DNA of 64,000 nucleotides from Rhynchopus sp. YZ270_cl-10 (lineage: Eukaryota): positions 992,001-1,056,000 of the forward strand of contig OZ037846.1 of the NCBI GenBank assembly GCA_964035575.1, given 5' to 3'. Both the position numbers and the translations under genes were made by a program. Position 1 is the stretch's first letter. Each line of letters starts with the position of its first letter. Under the pieces are notes generated by a model. It saw only the letters and a program-made list of their open reading frames with translations. It was not told the DNA's origin and searched no databases. Shown piece by piece: positions 11,944 through 22,039 of this stretch.

Positions 11944-13467
11944 ATCCCACCCCATCCCCCTTGTGTGCTTTGCATTCAATTGAGTTTGTTGACTGTTTGC
12001 ACTAACACAGCCGTTTTCAAAGGTGACTAAACACAGAGGCTTAGGGTCATCTTCTAAGATTTTTTTCTTTTCTCTCTCTTTATTTTGTACTTTATTTGCA
12101 TCATTTTGTGAGGGTATGTGTATGTGTGTGTGTGGGGAATTTTTTTTTTCAGGGGTATTTCGGGAGGGAGGGAGGGCTGCTATGTTTTCAAGGTGACTAA
12201 GTTTGAGAGGCTTAGGTTCATCTCATAAACGTTTATCTTCTTTCTTTTTATTGGATAGCCAGGTAGACTGGTTTTGCTTTGATTTCTTGTTTAATTTTTT
12301 TCCCCCCCTACCCCCCTTTGTGGCCGTACACCAGCACATAGAGAAAGATTGACGAGCCGTGAGGCCTCCGTTCGTCTTTGAAGAAAAAAAATATAGTGGA
12401 GTTCATCCTTGGGTGTCTACACTAATACAACCAAGTTTTCAAAAAAAAAATGAAATGAAATGGAAATGTGGTGCCCCAGCAAACTACGCACTAAGTACGC
12501 AAGAAGCGCGCAATATATGGGGTCAGGAGCACCAAAAATGGGATTTTTTTTTTTACGCACACTACTTTGTGAGCGGAAAGTGTCACGTCGTTCACTCACC
12601 CAACCGTGCTCCGCAACACCACCACCCAACAGGTGATTTTTAGTGTGAAATGGTTGTAGGGTTGTTGTCTTCTTTTTTTTTAATCATTTCACCCCTCCCC
12701 CCCTCCCCTTTCCCTGCCCCTTTGAGATATCAGTTGGATTCGTTTTTTTTTTGTCAAAACCCCCCCTCCCCTCTCCCCCCTTTTTTTTGAGAAAATTTCA
12801 AAAAAAAAAAAAATAAATCTCTCCATTTCCTCCATAAAGGAGGAGAAGGGTCCTGGAAACAGACCTCACTGGACAATCCTGATTGATTTTTTGGCAGTTA
12901 AAATCTATCCACTTTCACAGGATTTAGTCAAATCCAGGGGCAGAGACATAGAAAAATGGTGTAGTGTAGAATCCACTACTAGATGGTATCATTTTTGTTC
13001 CACCAATGCCAGAGAGAATTGTTGTGGAATGCACATGAATTTGGATACCGCACCGGTAACATATACTGACCGTAAAAAAATGTTTTGACATTTTCCGGAT
13101 TTTTTAGGAGAGTTTGGCCTGTTTTGCGGTCAGTTTTTTTGTTCCCGATACGGTATGTCATGTTTGAGTAAGGAAGGTCTGCTGCTTCAGTACAGACCGA
13201 AGAGAGATACCTTAAAGACATAAAACCACTGTGGATGGAGTCACAGGGGTGGCTGCATTCCTTTTCGGACCGGGGTGCTCTATCCTATTTTTAAAAACGT
13301 TTATAACCACCGTGGATGGAGTCAATTCGAAGGGGGAAAGAAACTAATGCTTTTGAATGGAAATTGGTGTATAAGAAATGGTGCTATAGGAAATGAGTCA
13401 ACGACCTGTCAGCGACCTGTCAATATCGGGGGGGGTGGGTCATTTTTTAATAGTACTTAGCCATTTT

Positions 13468-13827
13468 CAGGTACACAGGTACACAGGTACACAGGTACAC
13501 AGGTACACAGGTACACAGGTACACAGGTACACAGGTACACAGGTACACAGGTACACAGGTACACAGGTACACAGGTACACAGGTACACAGGTACACAGGT
13601 ACACAGGTACACAGGTACACAGGTACACAGGTACACAGGTACACAGGTACACAGGTACACAGGTACACAGGTACACAGGTACACAGGTACACAGGTACAC
13701 AGGTACACAGGTACACAGGTACACAGGTACACAGGTACACAGGTACACAGGTACACAGGTACACAGGTACACAGGTACACAGGTACACAGGTACACAGGT
13801 ACACAGGTACACAGGTACACAGGTACA
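13468..13827. repeat. Perfect tandem repeat (CAGGTACA)x45
   Basis: Directly visible, 360 bp. Confidence 0.98.
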
Positions 13828-14199
13828 TAATCTGTGGTGGTCAAAAGTGCAAAATCCACACGTTCTATCTTGTGCATCCCAGCTTGAACGACTCTTTGCC
13901 GCTTCACATCTGGTCTGTGAATGTGTTCACAGACCAGCTGTAGTAGAAATCACCTCCAGCTTTGAGGGACTCAGGGCTGTGTGACGCTGCTGATTTCGAC
14001 ATGTTGCCGAAGCAGTCACTCAAAGCATTTTGACTAAACGTCTGAACGTTCTGAACCTGGAATCGATAGCAGACAGGAACAAGAGGATGGGCAGGCAGCG
14101 CCTGCCCGACCTGTGTGAAGTGAATCAGTGATTGCCTGACAGATGTCTGGGTAACCGTGTATTCTGTGTGGGTATCCATGTCCGAGTATATCCCATTGT

Positions 14200-14490
14200 C
14201 CCCTTACATTGTGATTTACGTGTAACTTTTTTTACATGTTAGCCACATGTCATTTGACATGTAAAGTGACATGTGCCACAGGTGAAATGACCTGTTAAGT
14301 ACATGTCATTTTTAGGTGGCACATGTCATTTACTTCACCGTCGTGTAGGGTCCGCGCGGGGTACCCCGGGGTTTGGGGAGCACACGGCGGTGAAGTAAGT
14401 TACATTACATGGAATGTTACATGTGAAAAACCGTTACACGTAAATGACATGTAACTTCACATGTAATGTACATGTGATCATGTTACATGT
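14200..14490. repeat. ACATGT-rich imperfect inverted repeat around two adjacent CACG-type ends
   Basis: ACTTCACCGTCGTG ends at 14345 and CACGGCGGTGAAGT starts at 14383; many ACATGT motifs on both arms. Confidence 0.55.
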
Positions 14491-15180
14491 GTCGATGTGT
14501 AAAAAACCCACCCACCATAATTTTCACAACGATTTTTGAGGATTTTTTAGGTCTTACCAGAAATCACCGCCGAAAGCTGCCCAGAACCACCCCCAAAACC
14601 ATTGTACCACTACCTGATTTCGCCACCTGTACCACATGTAACAAAAGTTACATGTAATACCACCTGTACCACCCGTTACTTCGTGTACCCTGAGGGTCCG
14701 TATGGCCACCGTGTGTCTGTGTGTGTGCCCCACCAAAAAATCGCTAAGGGCCGTTAAAAAATGACCCTCCCCTATGGCAACGACCTGTCAGCGACCTGTC
14801 AATATCGGCCCCCCCTGGAGCACCAAGAAAAAAAAAAAAAAACGTTTTTCTTCAAGGTGACCGAAACCGTGCGCGAATCTTAGCATATTTATTTGCAAAG
14901 AACGCACATCAACTATTTTTCCAAACCCACAGTGTTCCTAACGCTAGTTTTAAACTAAACGTTTTAAACGTTTTAAATTCTAAACGTTTTAAACTGTTTT
15001 AAACGTTTTAAACTCGAATAAAAAACGGTGGTGAATTTTGGCTTTTCAGGCAAAAAAAAAAAAAAAAATTTTTTTTTTTACAGGCAAAAAAAAATGTCTT
15101 TGCGAAAAAATGTGGTATTTTCCTCTTTGCTGAACTTTTCAGTGGCAGCAGGCACGGTGTAATTAGACACCGCATGGTGT

Positions 15181-15660
15181 CTAATTACAAGGTGCCACCA
15201 GCTCTGCCTGATAGGCCGAGCAGAGTGTGCCTGCGCCACTGGATGCTTGGTGTGCCCCCTTTGGTGTAGTGGAGCCGTCGTTGTGGTAGAAGATGGCCCC
15301 CACTCCTCCTTGGGGGTGCGCTGATCTGGTAGTCAGTGAAGCGCGTAGTGTTCTGTTTACCGTGTGCAAGGATCTGTCTGTGTAGACGCGTCCCGTGTGG
15401 GGTGGCAGAGCCGCAAGAGCCAGTTCCGTCCTTTGCCGGTTCTCTTCGCTGCTTGCAGAGTCACTCTTGCTGACACCCGGTATTTCTGGTGATCAGCACG
15501 TCATTCAGCGTACGATCCCACTCCCACGGTGACACGGGGTCGTGGTCCAGTAAGGGTGCGCGTACGCTGTGGCGATAGGCTCCCGTCTCCTCCACAGTCT
15601 CTATCGCTCCGGCAAGCCAGCTGTCGCCTGCAGGTAGCTTAGTCGATATCGCAGCAGCTC
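15181..15660 (-). pseudogene. RNase H fragment of a non-LTR retrotransposon (ingi/L1Tc-like), frameshifted
   Basis: Minus-strand translation gives VYTDRS...GGVGAIF...AGTLCSAYQAELVA, matching RNase HI motifs (YTDGS; SxxxAELxA). Confidence 0.65.
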
Positions 15661-15849
15661 TACCAGGGGAGTCCTCCACCCGCATGAACTTCTCCAGGTC
15701 GTCCGCCGCTGCTGTTGTGGACAGAGAAGACACAGTGGTGTCCCATGGTGTCCCCATCACACACTAGCCCACTCAACTTATCTTTTTCTCATGCAGGTGC
15801 GTGCAGATCTCCTCCGCATTGTGCAAGTCCTCCTCCAAAACTTTTGTGC

Positions 15850-16100
15850 TTACAGGGCGGGCATCCGCACCCTCGCGACAAGGGTGAACACCTTCTCGTC
15901 GTTGTGCGCCTTCCAGCCATCAACGTATACCGAGATGTGCAGGCTCTTTGCTAGGGCTGCTCTCACAGGAACCATGACCCTGTCATACTCAGCCTTAAGT
16001 ACCCTGTTACCCATCTGGAACCCGCTGGGAATTTTTGACACATCAAATGCTGGCACCAAGCGCTTGATCAGCCAGGTTTTAGCGCACTCATTAGGGTACC
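15850..16100 (-). pseudogene. hAT transposase fragment
   Basis: IPSGFQMGNRVLKAEY...V...L...ISVYVDGWK resembles the region leading to the first catalytic Asp (DGW) of hAT transposases; lies between hAT TIRs. Confidence 0.7.
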
Positions 16101-17087
16101 GTACAGGAAACAAGTTAGCAGGAGAAACCAAGAAAAACCAGGCTAAATTGACCCCAGATGCACCAAAACTATGATTTTTGATACAGAAAAAAAAAATTCG
16201 AAAAATTCCCCCCACTTTTTTTACGTTTTTTTGTGCAGAACTGTCACCCGTTTTTTATTCGAGTTTTAAACGTTTAAAACGTTTAAAACGCGTTTTAAAT
16301 AATTTAAAACGTTTAAAACGTTTTAAACGTTTTAAACGCAAAATTAGGAACACTGCAAACCCATCCCCTGTTCGTACCTTTCCAAAAAAAAAAAACCCCC
16401 CCCTTGGGATATGGCATCGACCTGAAGTGGGCACCTTTTGTCAGTTACATTCCTGGTGGAAGGGCCACAAAAGATCAAAACATACCCTGAAAGATAACAC
16501 GGGAACACGGGTTATTCTTTCTCTCCCATCGCCACCCTCCCTGCCCCCCCTGCCCCCCTGCCCCCCCAACCAACTTATATAAAGATGTGTACGCCCGAGG
16601 CATTGCTCGTCTTTCATTTTTTCTTATATTATTTAGCCATCCTTTTCGTTTGCTTCTTTCCTTATTTTCCTTATTTTCCTTTATTTCTCTATTTCAGCAC
16701 AAAAATAAAGGGTGAACACCTCCTCCCCCTCTTTCCCTTATCCTGTTCTCTACTAAACTAAAATAAACTTCTTTCAAAAACCTCTCATTTGCCCTAACCT
16801 AGCTAGCCTGGGTATCCAATGATCTCCCATTCGTTACCTGAGGAGTGGAGGCGGGAGTAGGACGTAATAGCCCTGGTATCCATGACAACGAGAGAGATAA
16901 CGCGAGGAACGGCTCTGCGTGGAGCTTCAAAACAATATTCAAAAAAAACAATAAAAATTTTACACTCTTTCCCCCCCCCTCCCTCTCTCTCTCTCTCTCC
17001 CCTCAACACCAAGCACCTCCACAGTTTTTTTTTTCCCCCACCTTTTCTTCAAACAACCTCTCTCCCTCCCTCTCCCCCACTAAATCT

Positions 17088-18461
17088 ATGGCCTCCACCG
17101 TCGACGCCTCTCGTGTCGCAGAGCATCATGAAGATCGTGACACGCTTCTGAGAAATGTGAGCACTTTGCGTGACATGTTGAGGTCCAGCAGACGTACTGT
17201 GTTCTATACTGGAGCTGGGGTGTCGACAAGCGCTGGGGTAGGGGATTATAGAGGGCCTTCGGGGGCGTGGACGCAGAGGCGGATAGAGGAGTTGAGGCGG
17301 TCGGAGGATCCGGGGGAAAGGAAGGAGCTGGCATTGCTCTTGGCAGAGCAGGCGAAGGAGGCGAAGAAGGCTGCGAAGCCGGTCTGCTCGTTAGATGCGG
17401 TGCCTGCGTTCTGCCACCGTGCCATCGCACAGCTCATCCAAAACGGCACAGCGCACAGCTGCATCACCACCAACCTCGATGGCCTCTTCCGCAAAGCCGG
17501 CATCCCACCCCACCAACTCTGTTGTCTCCACGGAGACATCTACATAGAGCGTTGCACCTCATGCCACTATGAATTCGAAAGAAATTATGAAACAAGAGAC
17601 GCCCATTCCCGCCACGTCCACGACCATCACATCGGAACCTGCGAAAAATGCGGATCCTCCCCTCCAGCCTCCTACACCGGACGCGCGCAGCGTGGTGTTG
17701 CGACCGGAGCGGATGGAGATGGCTGTGCTCAAAATGGGTTGATCGGAACTACCTGCAAGAATGTTGGCACGAAAGATACTCACATCAATTTTGGTGAATG
17801 CCTTGATAACGCTGACTGGAACGCTGCAGACAAACTCTGCAGAAATGCTGATCTTTGCATTATCATGGGTACTTCCATGAGCCTCCGCCACATCACCCAC
17901 TTCCCATTTCTCGCAAAGAAAACCATAATGATCAATCTCCAAGCCACGCCAGACGACTCCAAAGTTGACCTAAGAATTTGGTCCCCCTGCGACACCGTTA
18001 TGTCAGAATTGTTCTCAAGCATGGGTCTCACCCTTTCTCCTCCATCTGTTTGGATTCCTCGAGACTACGTTCCAGTAGAAGACCTTCCTAGACGTGGTAT
18101 ACCTCCGTACTACGTCGCTGCAGCGAAGAGATTGGATGCTTTAATAAAGCAAAGCAAGGAAGGGGGTCGCAAAGAAAAGAAGGTCATCAGGATTGGAACC
18201 TCGGTGGTGAGGGAAGCTGGGGGGTTCAGATGGAGGATCTTAACAGAAGGTTCTGGTGTGGTAGCAGTGCGGTACGGTTTGCACCCAACGTTCACCCCAG
18301 CGGTTGTCACAGTAAAGACAGCGCCGTTTGCAATAGAAAGAGTGGGGTGGGGAGAGTTCACGATTGAAGTGGCGGTGATGATGCGGGATGGTGCGACGCA
18401 CAGCTTCTCTCACGACCTCAAATTGGACAAAGCGACCGACGCGAAATGGGCGATTGAGTAA
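17088..18461 (+). CDS. Class IV (SIRT6/7-like) NAD+-dependent sirtuin deacylase fused to a C-terminal YEATS domain, 457 aa
   Basis: Sirtuin motifs: GAGVSTSAGVGDYRGPSGAWT, TTNLDGL, LHGDIYIERC, CxxC...CxxC, MGTS, INLQATPDD. YEATS motifs: LHPTF...APFAIERVGWGEF...HDLKL. ATG at 17088 follows a pyrimidine-rich tract. Confidence 0.92.
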   Translation: MASTVDASRVAEHHEDRDTLLRNVSTLRDMLRSSRRTVFYTGAGVSTSAGVGDYRGPSGAWTQRRIEELRRSEDPGERKELALLLAEQAKEAKKAAKPVCSLDAVPAFCHRAIAQLIQNGTAHSCITTNLDGLFRKAGIPPHQLCCLHGDIYIERCTSCHYEFERNYETRDAHSRHVHDHHIGTCEKCGSSPPASYTGRAQRGVATGADGDGCAQNGLIGTTCKNVGTKDTHINFGECLDNADWNAADKLCRNADLCIIMGTSMSLRHITHFPFLAKKTIMINLQATPDDSKVDLRIWSPCDTVMSELFSSMGLTLSPPSVWIPRDYVPVEDLPRRGIPPYYVAAAKRLDALIKQSKEGGRKEKKVIRIGTSVVREAGGFRWRILTEGSGVVAVRYGLHPTFTPAVVTVKTAPFAIERVGWGEFTIEVAVMMRDGATHSFSHDLKLDKATDAKWAIE

Positions 18462-19006
18462 AAAATCTTAATATAGTGGAGTTCATCCTCGGGTGTCTAC
18501 ACTACTACACAACCATGTTTTCAAACACGCTATTCTGCTGTCAAAGGAAAGAATGAAAATTTTTGTCTTAGAGAGAGAGGGAGGGGGGGTCCAACAAAGT
18601 GCACCACCTGTCATATTGACAGGTGACACCTGTCATGAATTTTCACCTGTCATTTTACTAGTAAAATCACCTGTCATGGCCATAACCAGTCCGTTGTGTG
18701 TCCTTTATTACCTCAAAACCCCATTCCACGTAAATCAGGATCGGGCTGTGCTGCGTCCTCAAGGATTGGTATCTCCCTTTCAGTGTGGCTTATGGGCCCT
18801 ATTTTATTTTGCATGAGCTCTAGACTGAGATGCGTTTTTTAGCACGTTTCTATTTTTTTATTTTTTGCTCGATTTGTGGGTACGCATACTATGCTCATGA
18901 TGTGATAGTGTGGTTGCACGCCCTGTGCAAACCCGGAGTTTTCTTTTTGTCTTTTTTACTTTCCGTGGAGATGTCTGCACTCAAAACAACTGCCATTGTT
19001 TTTGGT

Positions 19007-20052
19007 TTTTATTCCCCTGGGAAATAAAGTATACGAAGGATTTGGCACTTTTAGCGGGATTTTATTTAATGATAATTTCACGCTAAATTTTGGTACATGT
19101 AGGTAGTAGGGCTGGAGGGACCGTCCAGCCTTTTTTAGCCTCCCTCCAGCCTCCTCAATCCCGCCAGCCCCTCAGCGGGCCTATCTAGGGGTCCGCGGGA
19201 CCCGGTAGCGCTGGCGGGAGGGTAATGAGAGCTTTTTTTTTTTTTTTTTCACGCTCTTTTTTTTTTTTTTTCCCTGAGAGCTTCCTGTGAGGACACATAC
19301 TCGTTAGTTATTGCACAATAAATGAGTCCCGCTAAAAGTGCCAAATCCTTTCGTATACTTTATTTCCCGTGAAATAAAATTACGTTTTCACCTCCTTTTA
19401 GCGGATTATTTTGCGATACTTCACTTATTTTTTTCCCAGGCTCGTGCACTCAATTTGCCTCGCTTCGCTCGGCAAATTAAGTAGCCCTCGCCTGGGAAAA
19501 ATAACTATTTATTCACCTCCTTTTAGCGGGGTTTTATTTTGCGATAACTTCACGCATTTTTTTCCCAGGCGAGGGCTACTTAATTTGCCGAGCGAAGCGA
19601 GGCAAATTGAGTGCACGAGCCTGGGAAAAAAATAAGTGAAGTATCGCAAAATAATCCGCTAAAAGGAGGTGAATACGTAATTTTATTTCACGGGAAATAA
19701 AGTATACGAAAGGATTTGGCACTTTTAGCGTGACTTATTTATTGTGCAATAACTAACGAGTATGTGTCCTCACAGGAAGCTCTCAGGGAAAAAAAAAAAA
19801 AAGAGCGTGAAAAAAAAAAAAAAAAAGCTCTCATTACCCTCCCGCCAGCGCTACCGGGTCCCGCGGACCCCTAGATAGGCCCGCTGAGGGGCTGGCGGGA
19901 TTGAGGAGGCTGGAGGGAGGCTAAAAAAGGCTGGACGGTCCCTCCAGCCCTACTACCTACATGTACCAAAATTTAGCGTGAAATTATCATTAAATAAAAT
20001 CCCGCTAAAAGTGCCAAATCCTTCGTATACTTTATTTCCCAGGGGAATAAAA
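19007..20052. repeat. Large near-perfect inverted repeat (~500-bp arms, ~55-bp spacer)
   Basis: 19007-~19501 is the reverse complement of ~19558-20052; the spacer reappears inverted at ~20050-20112. Confidence 0.92.
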
Positions 20053-20149
20053 TGCGTGAAGTTATCGCAAAATAAAACCCCGCTAAAAGGAGGTGAATAA
20101 ATAGTTATTTTTTGGGGGTTTTTTTTTTTTTTTTTTTTTGGTTTTAAAT

Positions 20150-20447
20150 CAGGCTCTCCGCTAGGATTTCCGATTTTGAAAATATTCTGTTGATGGTCCA
20201 CGTTGGTGGGGTACATGCTTGCGCCGCAGGCGCACGGTACGCAACTTTTTTTTTTACCAACGCCCGATTTTGACTTTTTTGGGACGTTTGAGCACTCACC
20301 TCTCCATATCTTCTTCTCCTGAGCTTTTTTGACAGGTAGAACGGGTCTGAACCACTTAGCAGAACTTTTTTTTTTTTTCTTTTTTTCCCCATTTTCAAAA
20401 AGTTCTGTTGACAATCAACAGAACTTTAGTACCTAGCGGAGTGCCTG
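20150..20447. mobile_element. hAT-type MITE
   Basis: TIR CAGGC(T/A)CTCCGCTAGG; 8-bp TSD TTTTAAAT (20142-20149, 20448-20455); TIR related to the 190-684 element. Confidence 0.9.
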
Positions 20448-20592
20448 TTTTAAATTTTGCGAGAAGGCAGAGGTTCCATTCTAACCTATCTTTGTCCGCC
20501 CCCTTTTTTTTTTAGTTGTGTTGTTCAGTGTTTGCGTGCTGTCTGGAGGTGTTCACCGTAAGACGTTTTGCGCTGATTCAACTTTCTTTTTA

Positions 20593-20710
20593 CAGTTGGA
20601 CAAGAAACTTGGCGGCCAAAAAAATTGGCGACCAAATAATATTGGCGGATTTTGGGGGTTTTCTTGCAATTGGCGATTTTTTTTGGTCGCCAATATTACT
20701 TGTCCAACTG
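20593..20710. mobile_element. Tc1/mariner-type MITE
   Basis: TIR CAGTTGGACAAG with TA on both sides; degenerate inverted copy at ~57969-58069 that is absent from the paralogous spacer at ~50400. Confidence 0.85.
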
Positions 20711-21223
20711 TATTGTCCTTTTGTTATGGTGACCAAGCACAGAGAGGTTGCATCTCATACACTGTGTTCTCTTTTCCCCCTCAAAGCAGTGCCCGTCCGA
20801 GAAATGGTGAGGCGTTTTGTGCACTGTCAACTTCTCTTATTGGGTATGGTGGATTTCAGAAGTAAAATAAAATCTGCATCTTTTTGTGTGGGGTCGGTAC
20901 GATCTATCCTCACCCTCTCCACACGGGATGTGTTGACACGCCCCGCCCCGGCATAAAAGAAAACAAACAAATCCAAAAAATCACCCCTTTTCCCCCCTTT
21001 TCCCCTTCACTTTCCCCCTTTCCCTCACACACACACTCTCTCTCCCATTTTCATTATTTCGAAGCTTTCTTTACCACTTTCCGTACATACCACACATTGG
21101 GAGCATATTCTGCGCAAGAATTACCCCCCTATTAGAAATCAAACACACACACCACACAGAGCACACAGAGCACACACCACACAGAGCACACACCACACAG
21201 AGCACACACCACCACCGCAAAAA

Positions 21224-22039
21224 ATGCACGCCACCCTCTTCCTCCTCTCCGCTGCTTCCCTTGCAGACCCTTGGGGCTGTGAGATTACTCTTGATGAGAT
21301 CAATAAAAATATGGACACGACACACAGCTTTCCTGTTGCTGGCGTATGCCCGGGCGCGACGTGCGTCTCCAATTTGGCGAACAGCAAGCGCGAAGCAGGC
21401 AACATCGCCTTCTACGTTACCGACGGGGTGCGCAACTGCGATGCACAGTGTGCGGTGTTGATGAACACTACATTGACCTCATCACAGATGTATGCTGCTG
21501 AGGTGAACACAGCGCTTACGTCATGCACCAACAACGCTACCGACTGCAGCACCACCACTGCCACAGCGGGGGCCACTGCCAGCAACCTCTACAGCACGTA
21601 CCACAGCACGACCTACCCGATCTGCACCTGCCCCGTTGCACTGTGGAACATCGGAGGTGCCATGGGGTCCTACTCTGAGAGTGCCCGCGTCACCGAGGAT
21701 GACTGCAAAAGCTCGCCTTCCCCAGGAGGGAGATGTCTCAGTAGTGTTCACAGTTTGAACGGTCTGTACCTCGGGACTGTCGCGAAGCAGATGACGGAGG
21801 CGAATGTGACCTGTGCAGCGGCGGTTATGCCTGCAGGATGCGAAGCGGCAGCGGCAGATGCGTGGGCAACGCTTCAGTATGGTCGTATCTACTTGAAAGA
21901 GGCGAATGTTGCGTGTGGTACAGGGGATGGGTACAACCACTCGCAGTGCATGGGGAACCTGACGGCTTTTAATGACTATCAACATGTGAACAGCAAGCAG
22001 GTGCACATGGCGCAGATAGCATGTAATGCGACGGCATGA
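21224..22039 (+). CDS. Secreted cysteine-rich protein of unknown function (271 aa)
   Basis: ATG ORF with coding-like composition, signal-peptide-like N-terminus MHATLFLLSAASLA, many regularly spaced Cys, several N-x-S/T sites. Confidence 0.8.
   Translation: MHATLFLLSAASLADPWGCEITLDEINKNMDTTHSFPVAGVCPGATCVSNLANSKREAGNIAFYVTDGVRNCDAQCAVLMNTTLTSSQMYAAEVNTALTSCTNNATDCSTTTATAGATASNLYSTYHSTTYPICTCPVALWNIGGAMGSYSESARVTEDDCKSSPSPGGRCLSSVHSLNGLYLGTVAKQMTEANVTCAAAVMPAGCEAAAADAWATLQYGRIYLKEANVACGTGDGYNHSQCMGNLTAFNDYQHVNSKQVHMAQIACNATA

Larger units (their letters stand above)
14930..16355 (-). mobile_element. Internally deleted hAT transposon
   Basis: TIR CAGTGTTCCTAA; perfect 8-bp TSD CAAACCCA (14922-14929, 16356-16363); subterminal AAACGTTTT arrays; transposase remnant inside. 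Confidence 0.9.

Noticed and set aside
13393..13907. ORFs with (VHRYTGTQ)n or (VPVYLCTC)n repeats
   Set aside because: Translations of the stop-free 8-bp satellite.
16845..17087. N-terminal extension of the sirtuin ORF (and similar extensions on the cyclase ORFs)
   Set aside because: Non-ATG starts running through homopolymer or pyrimidine tracts; the first ATG or the paralogue-conserved ATG is preferred.
18474..18530. Family A hairpin as an HDV-like ribozyme because of TCCTCG
   Set aside because: The nested double pseudoknot cannot be built, and the loop is not conserved in the 98, 7150 and 26364 copies.
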